Origin: Chthonomonadales bacterium
GTDB lineage: Bacteria; Armatimonadota; Chthonomonadetes; Chthonomonadales; CAJBBX01
Assembly: GCA_037443035.1 (NCBI GenBank)
Contig: JBBIPC010000006.1
Span: 64,001 to 128,000 of the forward strand
Direction: 5' to 3'
Length of the DNA stretch: 64,000 bases
Shown here piece after piece: positions 1-9,712 of the stretch. Every line of letters begins with the position of its first letter. Position 1 is the stretch's first letter. A model generated the notes under the pieces. That model searched no databases, was not told the origin of the DNA, and saw nothing but the letters and a program-made list of their open reading frames with translations. A program made the position numbers and the translations under genes.

Positions 1-2
1 CC

Positions 3-668
3 CTCGTACTGCGAAACTACGGACACGGTACGACCGTTTTCTGCGGCGAGCCCATGCTGACGCCGGAACTGCTTCGCGGGCTCTGCCGGTACGCTGGCGT
101 ACACCTCTACACCCGGGCCCCTGAAGACTACGCGCAAGCTGGCTATGGATGGCTCACGCTCCATGTCCTGCGCGACGGCTTCCGTACCCTGACGCTTCCA
201 GACGGCACGATAGCCTGCGATGCGTCCGAGCGGATATGCTCCTTGTCGGGTGCCAGGGAATATCGCAGCCAGGTGCGCGCGAAGGGCACCTATGTGTTCT
301 ACATCGGTCCGCAGGAAATAGCCCGGAAACTCGGTTTCGAGCCAAGTCGTACGAAGCCCGCACTGCCTCCCCCCACGATGCCACCACCGCCGCCCCTGCC
401 GACCTTCGAGCCTGCCAGACCTGCGGAGGAGCAACCTGAGACTCCGGCAGCCAGTGGGCAGATCGCTCCGATCGAGGAAGCCGCGCAGACCGCGCCCGAG
501 CTGGTTGGTACGGAGGGCGAGGCAGGGAGCCAGGAAGGAACGGGCGCCGAGTCGGCCGGAACTAAGCGTAAGCGTCGAAGAGGCGGGCGCGGCCGGGGTC
601 GCCGAAAGAAAACGACTAGCCGCGGATCATCGTCTGGAGGCGAGGCGACACCGGCCAGCGCCGACTGA
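3..668 (+). CDS. 5'-truncated protein: C-terminal part of a beta-galactosidase/GH-like protein with a disordered Pro/acidic/Arg-Gly tail
   Basis: Frame open from base 3 (LVLRNYGHGTTVFCGEPMLTPELLRGLCRYAGVHLY...); tail PPPTMPPPPP...KRKRRRGGRGRGRRKK. Confidence 0.5.
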   Translation, partial: LVLRNYGHGTTVFCGEPMLTPELLRGLCRYAGVHLYTRAPEDYAQAGYGWLTLHVLRDGFRTLTLPDGTIACDASERICSLSGAREYRSQVRAKGTYVFYIGPQEIARKLGFEPSRTKPALPPPTMPPPPPLPTFEPARPAEEQPETPAASGQIAPIEEAAQTAPELVGTEGEAGSQEGTGAESAGTKRKRRRGGRGRGRRKKTTSRGSSSGGEATPASAD

Positions 669-678
669 GGAACTCTCC

Positions 679-1983
679 ATGCCACGTGTCGCTATCGAGA
701 CGCTCGGCTGCAAGGTGAACCAGTACGAGTCGGACCAGATCCTCGCTCGCTTCGCAGCCGAGGGGTTCGAGATAGTATCGGCAGATACACCGGCCGATGT
801 CTACGTTGTCAACACCTGTTCCGTCACGCAAGTAGCTGAGGCGAAGTCGCGCAAGGCCGTTCGTCGCATGGCACGCCTGAACCCGCGAGCGACTGTTGTC
901 GTTACGGGATGCGACGTCGAGATGGCTAGGCGTGTGGGGCGAGCTTTCCCATCGGGAACACTGCTCGTGCCCAATGCTAGGAAGCTCGATCTAGTACGCG
1001 AAGTCCTGCAGTTCGTGCCGGGACTGCGGGAACGTCTGAAGGACGATTTGGCACCAGCCCATACGGTGTACCGGAGCCGTGTACGCACCGTGATCAAAGT
1101 GCAGGACGGGTGCGATATGTTCTGCTCCTATTGCTCCGTACCGTACACGAGAGGTCCCGTGAAATCCCGTCCATTGGCTGAGATCACGAGCGAGGTGGCA
1201 GCGGCAGTGGCATCTGGGCACCGAGAAATCGTGCTCACAGGCGTTCTCGTGGGTTCCTACGGCACAGACCTGGGCGACGAGCTGGACCTCGCGGACGTGA
1301 TGCTCGCGGTGGCTGCGGTTCCGGGCGTCGAGAGTGTGCTGTTGTCGTCCATAGAGCCGGTCCATGTGAGCCAGCGTCTCCTGGCTGTGTTCGCGCGAGA
1401 GAGGAAGGTGTGCTCTCACCTGCATATTCCTCTACAGAGCGGCGACGACCACGTCCTTCGGGCCATGGGGCGTCCATACACCTCAGACGACTACGTCGCT
1501 CTCTGTTGCAGTGCCCAGGCGCAGGTGCCGGATATGGCCATCACAACGGATATCCTTGTTGGTTTCCCTGGCGAGACGGAGGAAGCTCATCGAAGAACCA
1601 TGGCAGTGGCGGAGACCGTCGGATTCGCGCGAATGCACGTTTTCCGCTATTCCCGACGTCCTGGTACACCGGCGGCCGATATGCCTGACCAGGTGGATGA
1701 GAAGACGAAGGCTGCTCGGTCCCAGGAAATGGTTGCTCTTGGTCGGGAGCTCCGGCAACGCTTCGCAGCAAGGCATATCGGGCGCGTCTTGGAGGTCATG
1801 GCGGAGCCAGGTCCAGATGACCAGCACCTCGTTGGGTACACGCCGAACTACATTCGCGTCGTCTTTCCGACTGCAGGGCATGAGGTGGGCGAAACCGTGA
1901 GCGTACGTCTGCTTCGGGCGCTAGGCGACTGGGTCGAAGGTGAGGCAGTCGGGGTGGCCTATGACGTTCCGCTCAAGGCCTGA
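679..1983 (+). CDS. mtaB: tRNA t6A methylthiotransferase (radical SAM)
   Basis: TLGCKVNQYES, VNTCSVT, CDMFCSYC radical SAM motif, HVFRYSRRPGT; ATG at 679 after GAGG. Confidence 0.92.
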   Translation: MPRVAIETLGCKVNQYESDQILARFAAEGFEIVSADTPADVYVVNTCSVTQVAEAKSRKAVRRMARLNPRATVVVTGCDVEMARRVGRAFPSGTLLVPNARKLDLVREVLQFVPGLRERLKDDLAPAHTVYRSRVRTVIKVQDGCDMFCSYCSVPYTRGPVKSRPLAEITSEVAAAVASGHREIVLTGVLVGSYGTDLGDELDLADVMLAVAAVPGVESVLLSSIEPVHVSQRLLAVFARERKVCSHLHIPLQSGDDHVLRAMGRPYTSDDYVALCCSAQAQVPDMAITTDILVGFPGETEEAHRRTMAVAETVGFARMHVFRYSRRPGTPAADMPDQVDEKTKAARSQEMVALGRELRQRFAARHIGRVLEVMAEPGPDDQHLVGYTPNYIRVVFPTAGHEVGETVSVRLLRALGDWVEGEAVGVAYDVPLKA

Positions 1984-2938
1984 GCGCCACATCTGGAGAA
2001 GGTCGAGGGCCCATCCGCGATACCACATGCGCGGCGAGACGCGTGCCCAGGGTGGCCGCACCGCGTGGAGACATTCCGCGGGACAGCCCATACAGTGTAC
2101 CCGCGGCAAACGCGTCGCCGGCCCCGGTAGTGTCTAGAGCGCGAACGGGAACGGCCGGGATCTCCTGGAGCGTTTCATTTTCCGCCACCAGCGCCCCTTC
2201 GGCGCCCATGGTAACGAAAGCTCGCCGTCCGCCTGCGCCCAGGGCTCGCGCCGCGTCGTGCACGTTGCCGGCACCCGTCAACAGCGTTGCCTCATCCGCG
2301 TTGCCGAAGACGAGGCTGACACTGTCACGAAGCAGGTCGAGAAAGTCCTCTCGATTGCGTTCCACGCAGAAGCGGTCCGCTAGGCTCAGGGCTACGGGTA
2401 TGCCTTGCCCATGTGCCTCACGAATTGCCAGACGGACGGCTTCCTTCTGTGTATCGGTGTCCCACAGGTAGCCAGTAACATACAGATATCGGCTAGCTCT
2501 AAGGTGGTCGAGTTGGAGATCCTCTGGCCGAAGGTTCCGTCCCTCTCCCAGGTGCGTGCACATCGTACGTTGTCCGTCCGGCGTCACCAGGACGATGCAC
2601 AGGCCCGTGGGACCATCTCCAACCGGCAGGTCAGGCTGCACGCCGGCGTCCTCCATCGATCGAACGTAAGCTGGGCCGAACTCGTCGGTCCCGACTCGGC
2701 TTGTGAAACACGCCGTGCCGCCAAGGTACGCTACACCGATCGTTGTGTTGGCTCCTGAACCGCCAGCTGCGGTGTTGACAACGTAGCGGCGTACATGCTT
2801 CACGACGGCGGCGTGTTGGTCGGCATCCAGAAGGTACATTGCGCCTGCTGAGAGGCCGAGTTCCTCCAATACCGATGGCGGGACCGCCGCCTGAATATCG
2901 AAGAGGGCATAGCACATGCCATAGACGTCGAAGCGCAT
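1973..2938 (-). CDS. PfkB-family carbohydrate/adenosine kinase
   Basis: GGSGANT, DGQRTM, DTTGAGDAFAAG; GGAG before ATG 2938. Confidence 0.9.
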   Translation of the reverse strand: MRFDVYGMCYALFDIQAAVPPSVLEELGLSAGAMYLLDADQHAAVVKHVRRYVVNTAAGGSGANTTIGVAYLGGTACFTSRVGTDEFGPAYVRSMEDAGVQPDLPVGDGPTGLCIVLVTPDGQRTMCTHLGEGRNLRPEDLQLDHLRASRYLYVTGYLWDTDTQKEAVRLAIREAHGQGIPVALSLADRFCVERNREDFLDLLRDSVSLVFGNADEATLLTGAGNVHDAARALGAGGRRAFVTMGAEGALVAENETLQEIPAVPVRALDTTGAGDAFAAGTLYGLSRGMSPRGAATLGTRLAAHVVSRMGPRPSPDVALRP

Positions 2939-3148
2939 GAGGGTCACTCCAACTGAGGGGTCTGAGGTCGCCGATGGACTCGCCAGCACCGTCGTTGTAC
3001 CCTGAAGACGCTCTGGTTGCACCATGTCGCGTTCGAAGCAGGTTCCGAGTAGCAGGTCTGGGGTAACCTTCTCTCGTCAAGGGCGCTGCGTGGTCCGACT
3101 GGGGTCAGGGCGGGTCGAGCAGCGAGGCGAATGGAAGTGGAGGCGAGA

Positions 3149-3940
3149 ATGGGGCTGTTCGCAAGACTGGGTGCAATGCTCGGTGTCGGCTCGGCAGGTC
3201 TGGAGTTGGCGGTTGCCAACCCGCAAGTCTTCCGGGATGGAACCGTGACCGGTGAGCTGATCGTCCACGGTGGCCGGGTCCGCCAGAAGGTGCGGCTCCT
3301 CAGCGTGGACCTGTACGAGTATTGGATCACCGGTCATGGGAAGAACCGGACATACCATCAGCGCCGCCACGAGCGCCTCACCTTGGCGGAATACCTGATC
3401 ATCGAACCACGCTCAGAGCGGAGCCACCATTTCGAGTTGCGTATACCGTCGGATGCGCGATGTACCAGGCGAAGGGAGGGCTGGGAGGTTCGTGCCGAGG
3501 CACACGTTCCCTGGAGCGTGGACCCCCGGGCGAGCACGCCGCTGCGCGTGCTCCCACACCCCGAGGTTCTTGCGATCCAGCGATGTGCTCGGGACTTCAT
3601 GGGGCTCCAGCCGCTGGAATGGGATGGGCGCGCCGCAGAGGTCATGTACAACTTCCGGTCACCGTCGTGGCTACGCGAGTTGCTGGACGGTGTTCGCTTC
3701 CGGCTGTGGGTGTCGGGTGACACGCTGGAAGCTCGCATAGACCTGAACAAGCAGGAGCGTGGACTTAGAGGTGTGTTGGGTTCGCTTGTGGGTGCCGACC
3801 ACGAGGAGTTGGTTCTCTCCGTGCCACGAAGCGCTCTCGTGACCAAGCGTGGAACACCCAATCCAGCAGGTGCCTACGAATACCTGAAAGTCATCTTCGA
3901 ACGGTTGGGGGCGGTGGTACCGCCGATGCCAGTACGATAG
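3149..3940 (+). CDS. Spo0M-like (arrestin-fold) protein
   Basis: N-terminus MGLFARLGAMLGVGSA then GELIVHGGRVRQKV resembles Spo0M; GGAGG before ATG 3149. Confidence 0.65.
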   Translation: MGLFARLGAMLGVGSAGLELAVANPQVFRDGTVTGELIVHGGRVRQKVRLLSVDLYEYWITGHGKNRTYHQRRHERLTLAEYLIIEPRSERSHHFELRIPSDARCTRRREGWEVRAEAHVPWSVDPRASTPLRVLPHPEVLAIQRCARDFMGLQPLEWDGRAAEVMYNFRSPSWLRELLDGVRFRLWVSGDTLEARIDLNKQERGLRGVLGSLVGADHEELVLSVPRSALVTKRGTPNPAGAYEYLKVIFERLGAVVPPMPVR

Positions 3941-3956
3941 GAGTGGAGGTGGTACG

Positions 3957-4913
3957 GTGATCGAGATGAGAAAGCTCGGGAAGAACGGTCCTGAAATCAC
4001 GACGGTGGGGTTCGGCGCATGGGCAGCCGGCGGCCCGTGGAAGTTCGGCTGGGGACCGCAGGACGACGGCGAGTCTATCGCTGCCATACGACGCGCGCTG
4101 GAACTCGGCGTGAACTGGATTGACACTGCGGCAGTGTACGGCTGGGGGCATTCCGAGGAGGTTGTCGGGCGCGCCATAGAGGGGTTTCGCCGGGACGAGG
4201 TGATCATTGCCACGAAGTGCGGACGTGTGCCGGACAAGGATCGAAATCCTATTGGAGACCTACGGCCTGAGAGCATTCGCAGGCAACTCGAGGAAAGCCT
4301 GCGACGTCTTCGAACGGATTATGTGGACTTGTACCAGTTCCACTGGCCCGACACGACGACCGGCACGCCGGTAGAGGCGTCGTGGGAGATGATGGCCAGG
4401 CTGCAGGACGAGGGGAAGGTGCGGTGGATCGGGGTGAGCAACTTCGATGTTCCCCTCATGGAGCGCTGCCAAGCTGTGCGGCACGTGGACTCGCTCCAGC
4501 CGCCCTATAGTCTGCTTCGGCGTGAGGTGGAGAGGGACATCCTCCCCTGGTGCCAAGAGAACGGGACTGGTGTTATCTGCTACAGTCCTATGCAGGCCGG
4601 CATCCTATCGGGCAACTTCGATATCAACCGGCTGGCACCGGATGACTGGAGGCGCAATAGCCCGTGGTACCAAGAGCCACAGCTTTCTCGGAATCTCCGG
4701 TTCGTGGAAGCACTTCGTCCCATCGCGGCTGGTCTGGGCAAGACCGTTGGACAGCTCGCTATCGCGTGGGTGCTGATGAACCCCGCGGTGACGGCGGCCA
4801 TTGTAGGCGCTCGGCGGCCGGAACAGGTCGAGGTGAACGTGGGCGCCATGGGCCTCAGGCTTTCGGACGACGTGATGGAGGCGATCGAGACCGCCTACGC
4901 TGGTACTGCCTGA
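3957..4913 (+). CDS. Aldo/keto reductase
   Basis: GVNWIDTAAVYG, IATKCG, DLYQFHWPD, IGVSNF, QPPYSL. Confidence 0.95.
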   Translation: MIEMRKLGKNGPEITTVGFGAWAAGGPWKFGWGPQDDGESIAAIRRALELGVNWIDTAAVYGWGHSEEVVGRAIEGFRRDEVIIATKCGRVPDKDRNPIGDLRPESIRRQLEESLRRLRTDYVDLYQFHWPDTTTGTPVEASWEMMARLQDEGKVRWIGVSNFDVPLMERCQAVRHVDSLQPPYSLLRREVERDILPWCQENGTGVICYSPMQAGILSGNFDINRLAPDDWRRNSPWYQEPQLSRNLRFVEALRPIAAGLGKTVGQLAIAWVLMNPAVTAAIVGARRPEQVEVNVGAMGLRLSDDVMEAIETAYAGTA

Positions 4914-5584
4914 GCAGACACCAAGCGTCGCTCCAGTTCCGACCGGTAGACAGGTGCCAGAGCAGCGTCCCGCACCCAGATGCGCACCACGGGCACCTCG
5001 CCTACCAAAGCCACCGCTGCGTCCACGACGACGGGTGCGATGTCGGCGGCTGCCTTGACGCGATGCGATGTATCCTGACGGCGCGGCTGCCGGCAGAGAT
5101 CGTCGGTCCAGTCCGGTATCAGAACGGACGCGACAGCCATTGCACGCGTGTGTTCGACTGCATCCCGAACCGCCGAGAGGATCCACTCGGGTGCGTATCG
5201 CTTGCGGTCGTCCATCACCACAATGAGTCCGGTCCGCCCGAAACGATAGCGAGCACCGCTCACAACCGCGGCCTTGCCAGGCTCCACCGGCGCGAGCTTC
5301 GCCGCTTCTCGCTGTGCCTGCCCGGCGGTAGCCCCGCGTGCCCATAGAGACGAGCCTGCGACCATCTGGAGGTCCGGCGCCACCGGAACTAGCACTAGAT
5401 CTGACCGCTGGGGTAGACGCCGACCGGTCTCCCAGAGTTCGAGGCGCGTGCCCTTCTGTCTCACCACCAGAGAGGGCTTCGGTCGCCGGACTTCCCACAG
5501 CATGGCCAGTACCACCGCCGCGACAGGGATAGCTGCGACGGCAGTACCGGTCCAGATCCAGGCGGGTATCGTGAGCAATGTCAT
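4895..5584 (-). CDS. Membrane-anchored protein with a degenerate macro domain
   Basis: N-terminal hydrophobic helix, then DLVLVPVAPDLQMVAG...APVEPGKAAVVSG...AVRDAVEH...SVLIP, spaced like macrodomain motifs. Confidence 0.6.
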   Translation of the reverse strand: MTLLTIPAWIWTGTAVAAIPVAAVVLAMLWEVRRPKPSLVVRQKGTRLELWETGRRLPQRSDLVLVPVAPDLQMVAGSSLWARGATAGQAQREAAKLAPVEPGKAAVVSGARYRFGRTGLIVVMDDRKRYAPEWILSAVRDAVEHTRAMAVASVLIPDWTDDLCRQPRRQDTSHRVKAAADIAPVVVDAAVALVGEVPVVRIWVRDAALAPVYRSELERRLVSAQAVPA

Positions 5585-5645
5585 GGATGCGTTGGTCCCT
5601 GAATGACGGCGGAGCAGCGGATGGGGCTGCTCCGCCTCCTCGAGA

Positions 5646-6878
5646 TTATGCAGCGTTAGCCTGCGCAGCCTCCTGGCTCCGCGCGTCACGGAAGAGAGCC
5701 GCGAAGATCAGCATGATGACTCCAGCGGCAATGCACGGTATCAGCCAAACGCTGAACCACTGCACCACCGAATTCACCTTATTGGCTGCGACGATACTGC
5801 CAGCAACCTGAGCGCCGATCAGCATGCCTACGCCCTGCGTCACCAGCACGAGGAAGCCTTGCGCCTGGCCGCGGATCTTCACGGATGCAACCTGGTCCAC
5901 ATAGATCTGGCCGGTCACAAAGAAGAAATCGTAGCAGATACCGTGGAGAATGATACCGCCCAGGATGAGCGGGAACATGCCATTCTGGGCTGCGGCCGCG
6001 AACAAGCCGTACCGCGTGACCCACGCGAGCATACCAACGAGGAGCATCCACTTCACGCCCAGTCTTGCGAAGAAGAATGGCATGACGAGCATGAAGAAGA
6101 TCTCGGACATCTGGCCAAATGACATGTTGAAGGCCGGATCAGCGACCCCCGTGGACATCACGAATACTGGCGCGAAGCTGTAGTAGAAGGCCAGCGGGAT
6201 GCATATCAGAAACGAACTGGCCATGAACACCGCGAACGACGGGCGCTTCAGAAGCGCGATGGAGTCGAGACCCAGGATATCGTGGACACTTGCTTTCTGT
6301 CCGGCTGCTGGCGCAGGCGTGTGAGGCAATGTGAAGCTGTAGAGTCCCAGCAAGATCGCTGCGCCACCGGCGACGAAGAATTGGACCGGAAGCGTGTCTC
6401 CGTGCATCAGCTTGCTGACAACGATATTGGCCACGATCCACCCGATGGTTCCGAAGACCCGTACCATGGGAAACTGCTTCTGCGGGTCGGTCATGTTATG
6501 AAAAGACAGTGTGTTCGTGAGTCCCAGGGTGGGCATGTAACAGAGGGTGTGCAGCAGGAGCACTACGATGAACACTGTCGGTGAGGCCTGAGCGGCTGCG
6601 GGAGCCAGCAATAGCGCCACACCTCCCAGCAGATGCATGACGGCAAGAACGCGTTCCGTTGCGAAGAACCGGTCCGCCACCATGCCTAGAAAGAACGGAG
6701 ATACGATAGCGGCAATCGGACAGAGCGAATACGCCCATGCGATCTTGTCCGTCATCTTGTTGGCGTCCATGAAGTTGCCGACAGTGACGTACCATGCTCC
6801 CCAGACGAAGAACTGAAGGAACATCATCGCCGACAGGCGAGCGCCCGTCGAGCCGTAGCCGGGCTTACCCTCACTCAT
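5646..6878 (-). CDS. MFS nucleoside permease (NupG/XapB/YegT family)
   Basis: [47 protein letters not shown]. Confidence 0.93.
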   Translation of the reverse strand: MSEGKPGYGSTGARLSAMMFLQFFVWGAWYVTVGNFMDANKMTDKIAWAYSLCPIAAIVSPFFLGMVADRFFATERVLAVMHLLGGVALLLAPAAAQASPTVFIVVLLLHTLCYMPTLGLTNTLSFHNMTDPQKQFPMVRVFGTIGWIVANIVVSKLMHGDTLPVQFFVAGGAAILLGLYSFTLPHTPAPAAGQKASVHDILGLDSIALLKRPSFAVFMASSFLICIPLAFYYSFAPVFVMSTGVADPAFNMSFGQMSEIFFMLVMPFFFARLGVKWMLLVGMLAWVTRYGLFAAAAQNGMFPLILGGIILHGICYDFFFVTGQIYVDQVASVKIRGQAQGFLVLVTQGVGMLIGAQVAGSIVAANKVNSVVQWFSVWLIPCIAAGVIMLIFAALFRDARSQEAAQANAA

Positions 6879-7052
6879 GCGGATACTCCTCTTGCTCCAC
6901 GCCCAGGACCGCGATTGGGTCCGGGCAGAGCCACTGCATTGATGTCACAGCACATGCACTGCGTGCCATCCGAGTATTCTCCTCGCTTGCCGGACACTCC
7001 TGCTCATGGGACGGCGATCGTATCGCGGCCGTGTGCCTGCGGAGCACTGCAT

Positions 7053-7964
7053 TCACTGGACAGTACCGACCAGATCGGCTACGGATGCGATGCCGTGCCG
7101 AACGAGGTAGTCTTCGATACCCTGAATGATCTCGGGCGCTGCCATGGGGTTGACGAAGTTCACGGTACCCAGCGCAACCGCGGAAGCACCAGCCAGGAGG
7201 AACTCCACGGCGTCCGTGGCATTCATGATGCCCCCCATGCCGATAATGGGTACCGAGACGCTCTGATACGCACGCCATACGGCCAGCAGCGCAAGCGGCT
7301 TGATGCACGGTCCCGATAGACCCCCAGTTCTGTTCGCCAGACGGAACCGACGTGTCTCCGCATCAATGGCCGTGCCCACGTAGGTGTTCACGAGGGACAG
7401 AGCGTCAGCTCCTGCATCCACCGCTGATCGAGCGATAGTTCGGATGTCCGTAACGTTTGGCGAAAGCTTGGCAATGACTGGCAGTTGCGTCCGTTGGCGA
7501 ACGGCAGAAATGACTGCGTGCGTCAAGTCCGGGTCCACGCCGAACTCGATTCCGCCGCACGCCTGATTTGGACAGGAGATATTCACCTCGAGAGCAGCGA
7601 CCCCTGGCACACCATTCAGGCGCTCCACTAGGAAGCAGAAGTCTTCTAGAGAATCGGCAGCGATATTGACGATGACGGGTACGTCGTATCGTCGAAGGTA
7701 CGGGAGCTTCTCTTCGATGAACGCTTCTACGCCGGGATTCTGCAGGCCGATGGCGTTAAGCATCCCGCCCGTAACCTCCACCGTACGGGGCATGGGGTTG
7801 CCCATGCGCGGCCGGACCGTAACCGCCTTGACGGTCACAGCACCGAGGGCCTCCAAGTTGTAGAAACCTTCCCACTCCTGGCCAAAGCCGAAAGTGCCGG
7901 AGGCTGTGATGACGGGATTCCTGAGCCGTAGTGGACCGATCTGAACAGAAAGGTCAGGTCTCAT
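7053..7964 (-). CDS. pyrD: Dihydroorotate dehydrogenase B, catalytic subunit
   Basis: ASGTFG, MLNAIGLQNPG, NISCPN, KLSPNVTDI, GGLSGPCIKP; ATGA overlap with upstream stop. Confidence 0.95.
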   Translation of the reverse strand: MRPDLSVQIGPLRLRNPVITASGTFGFGQEWEGFYNLEALGAVTVKAVTVRPRMGNPMPRTVEVTGGMLNAIGLQNPGVEAFIEEKLPYLRRYDVPVIVNIAADSLEDFCFLVERLNGVPGVAALEVNISCPNQACGGIEFGVDPDLTHAVISAVRQRTQLPVIAKLSPNVTDIRTIARSAVDAGADALSLVNTYVGTAIDAETRRFRLANRTGGLSGPCIKPLALLAVWRAYQSVSVPIIGMGGIMNATDAVEFLLAGASAVALGTVNFVNPMAAPEIIQGIEDYLVRHGIASVADLVGTVQ

Positions 7965-8812
7965 GCAGCGAGTTCCCCGTAGAGGTCTGGCCTGCGGTCT
8001 CCTACAGTGTCCTGTTCCCACTCCCCTTCCTCGATGACGATGCGCTTCGTCCTGGACCGCTGGGGATGAACGTCTGCGATAAGGACCGTCTCCTCATCGC
8101 CAGCCGATGCTAGGACGAAGCCGTCCGGCGCTACGATCTCACTGCGGCCGATGAAGCGCCTGCCGCGCTCCGTGCCGGTTCGATTCGCCGCGACAATGTA
8201 GACGCCGTTCTCTCGAGCACGGGCACGGAGCACATACTCTGGAGCGCTCTCGGCGCCTTCGGGCCAATTGGTGGGTAGCGCGATGATGTCGGCGCCGCGG
8301 AGAGTCACCACTCGGGCGGCTTCTGGGAACCTGATGTCGTAGCAGATCATGGGAGCCACACGCATGCCCAACACTTCGACCACATCCAGCGAGTCGCCGG
8401 CAGTCACGAAGCGATCGGCTCCAAGGGTCGGCAAGTGCGTCTTCCGATAGACGTGAGGCACACTCATATCAGGGCCCGCGACTATCGCCGCATTGTAAAC
8501 ACGCCCCTGGGGGCCTTGCTCGAGGAATCCGACGATACCGGTGATTCCAGACTCCCGACAAGTCTCGTGGAAAACGTGCAGAGGCTCGGCCAAGTCCCGA
8601 CCATTTCCAGAGGCCAGAGCGTAATGCTGTGCCTCCTCGATGGTGCTGAAGCAATAGCCGCACAGCGCGCATTCCGGGAAGACGACGAGCGATGCACCGT
8701 CGCGTGCGGCATCACGGAGAAAGCCCAAGACCCGCTCCAGGTTGTGGCGAATCTCTCCGATCTGGACGTCCATCTGCACTGCGGCGATGCGCAGGCTATC
8801 GGTTACTCCCAC
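7961..8812 (-). CDS. Carbon-nitrogen hydrolase (nitrilase superfamily)
   Basis: Intact E-K-C triad: VFPEC, YRKTHL, ICYDIRFPE; C-terminal DRRPDLY. Confidence 0.92.
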   Translation of the reverse strand: MGVTDSLRIAAVQMDVQIGEIRHNLERVLGFLRDAARDGASLVVFPECALCGYCFSTIEEAQHYALASGNGRDLAEPLHVFHETCRESGITGIVGFLEQGPQGRVYNAAIVAGPDMSVPHVYRKTHLPTLGADRFVTAGDSLDVVEVLGMRVAPMICYDIRFPEAARVVTLRGADIIALPTNWPEGAESAPEYVLRARARENGVYIVAANRTGTERGRRFIGRSEIVAPDGFVLASAGDEETVLIADVHPQRSRTKRIVIEEGEWEQDTVGDRRPDLYGELAA

Positions 8813-9612
8813 AGTAGGTCCTCCGCTCGGAACACGGGCCCTTCATGGCAGGCCCGCAGATACTCGTAGCCTTCGTCGGACCCAGGGGATCGGACTTTCA
8901 CGACACAGCCCATGCACACTCCGACACCACAGATCATGACGGTTTCCATTGAAAGATAGCACTCGATCCCGTGCTCGACACAGTAGTCTCCGACAGCTCG
9001 AAGCATGGCTTCCGGACCGCATGCATAGACAACCGCCTTCTTGTCAGCATGGGCGCCTAACTCCTGCAACGCATCGAGGACCGTGCCGCGCCGTCCTGCG
9101 CTCCCGTCATCGGTCGTCACGCGGACGTCAACACCGAGCCGCCGGAAGTCTTCCAGAGCCACGAGCATGGAGGCAGTTCGTGCGCCGTTGATCACGGTGA
9201 TTCTAGGGGCCGATGCATCGAGGTGCAACGTGGCTGCCAGAAAGGCTAGCGGAGGCGCACCGACGCCGCCTGCACATAGCACCACGTGCGAATACGAAAC
9301 CGGCGTGTATTTGAAGCCGTTGCCCAGGGGACCGACGACGGAAACGGAATCACCGACTCCAAGACGTGCCATGCCCTGGGTGAACCGCCCTCGCGCAACG
9401 TAGACGATATCGAAGCTGCCCGCCTCGGCATCTGCGGCTAGGAGGCTGAATGGGCGGCGCATGTGAGGCCCGTAGGTGTCGGTGTACAGAAGGTGCACGA
9501 ACTGCCCGGGGGTGCAATGCTTCGCAACCTGAGGTGCCAACAGGCTCAGGCGGTATATCTGTGGGCCTACTTGTGTATGATCCAGGATCGGAGCCAGGAC
9601 TTGGAAGGGCAT
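8803..9612 (-). CDS. pyrK: Dihydroorotate dehydrogenase electron transfer subunit
   Basis: PGQFV, RRPFS, GPLGNGF, GGVGAPP, CGPEAML, CGVGVCMGC...C 2Fe-2S motif. Confidence 0.93.
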   Translation of the reverse strand: MPFQVLAPILDHTQVGPQIYRLSLLAPQVAKHCTPGQFVHLLYTDTYGPHMRRPFSLLAADAEAGSFDIVYVARGRFTQGMARLGVGDSVSVVGPLGNGFKYTPVSYSHVVLCAGGVGAPPLAFLAATLHLDASAPRITVINGARTASMLVALEDFRRLGVDVRVTTDDGSAGRRGTVLDALQELGAHADKKAVVYACGPEAMLRAVGDYCVEHGIECYLSMETVMICGVGVCMGCVVKVRSPGSDEGYEYLRACHEGPVFRAEDLLWE

Positions 9613-9712
9613 GGTGATCCGCACTGTTTCGGTTGGGACTACCCGACAAGGTGCGTGCCCCGATCCCCGACGGGCTCAGGGCACAGGTGAACATGCTACC
9701 CGACAAGCACCG

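Noticed and set aside
454..678. Long N-terminal ORF extensions (mtaB, holA, transglutaminase, GH116, tatC, serA)
   Set aside because: Downstream starts have better RBS or coupling and match family N-termini
6871..7308. 145-aa ORF between pyrD and the permease
   Set aside because: Overlaps pyrD out of frame, covers a promoter-like motif, no recognisable family
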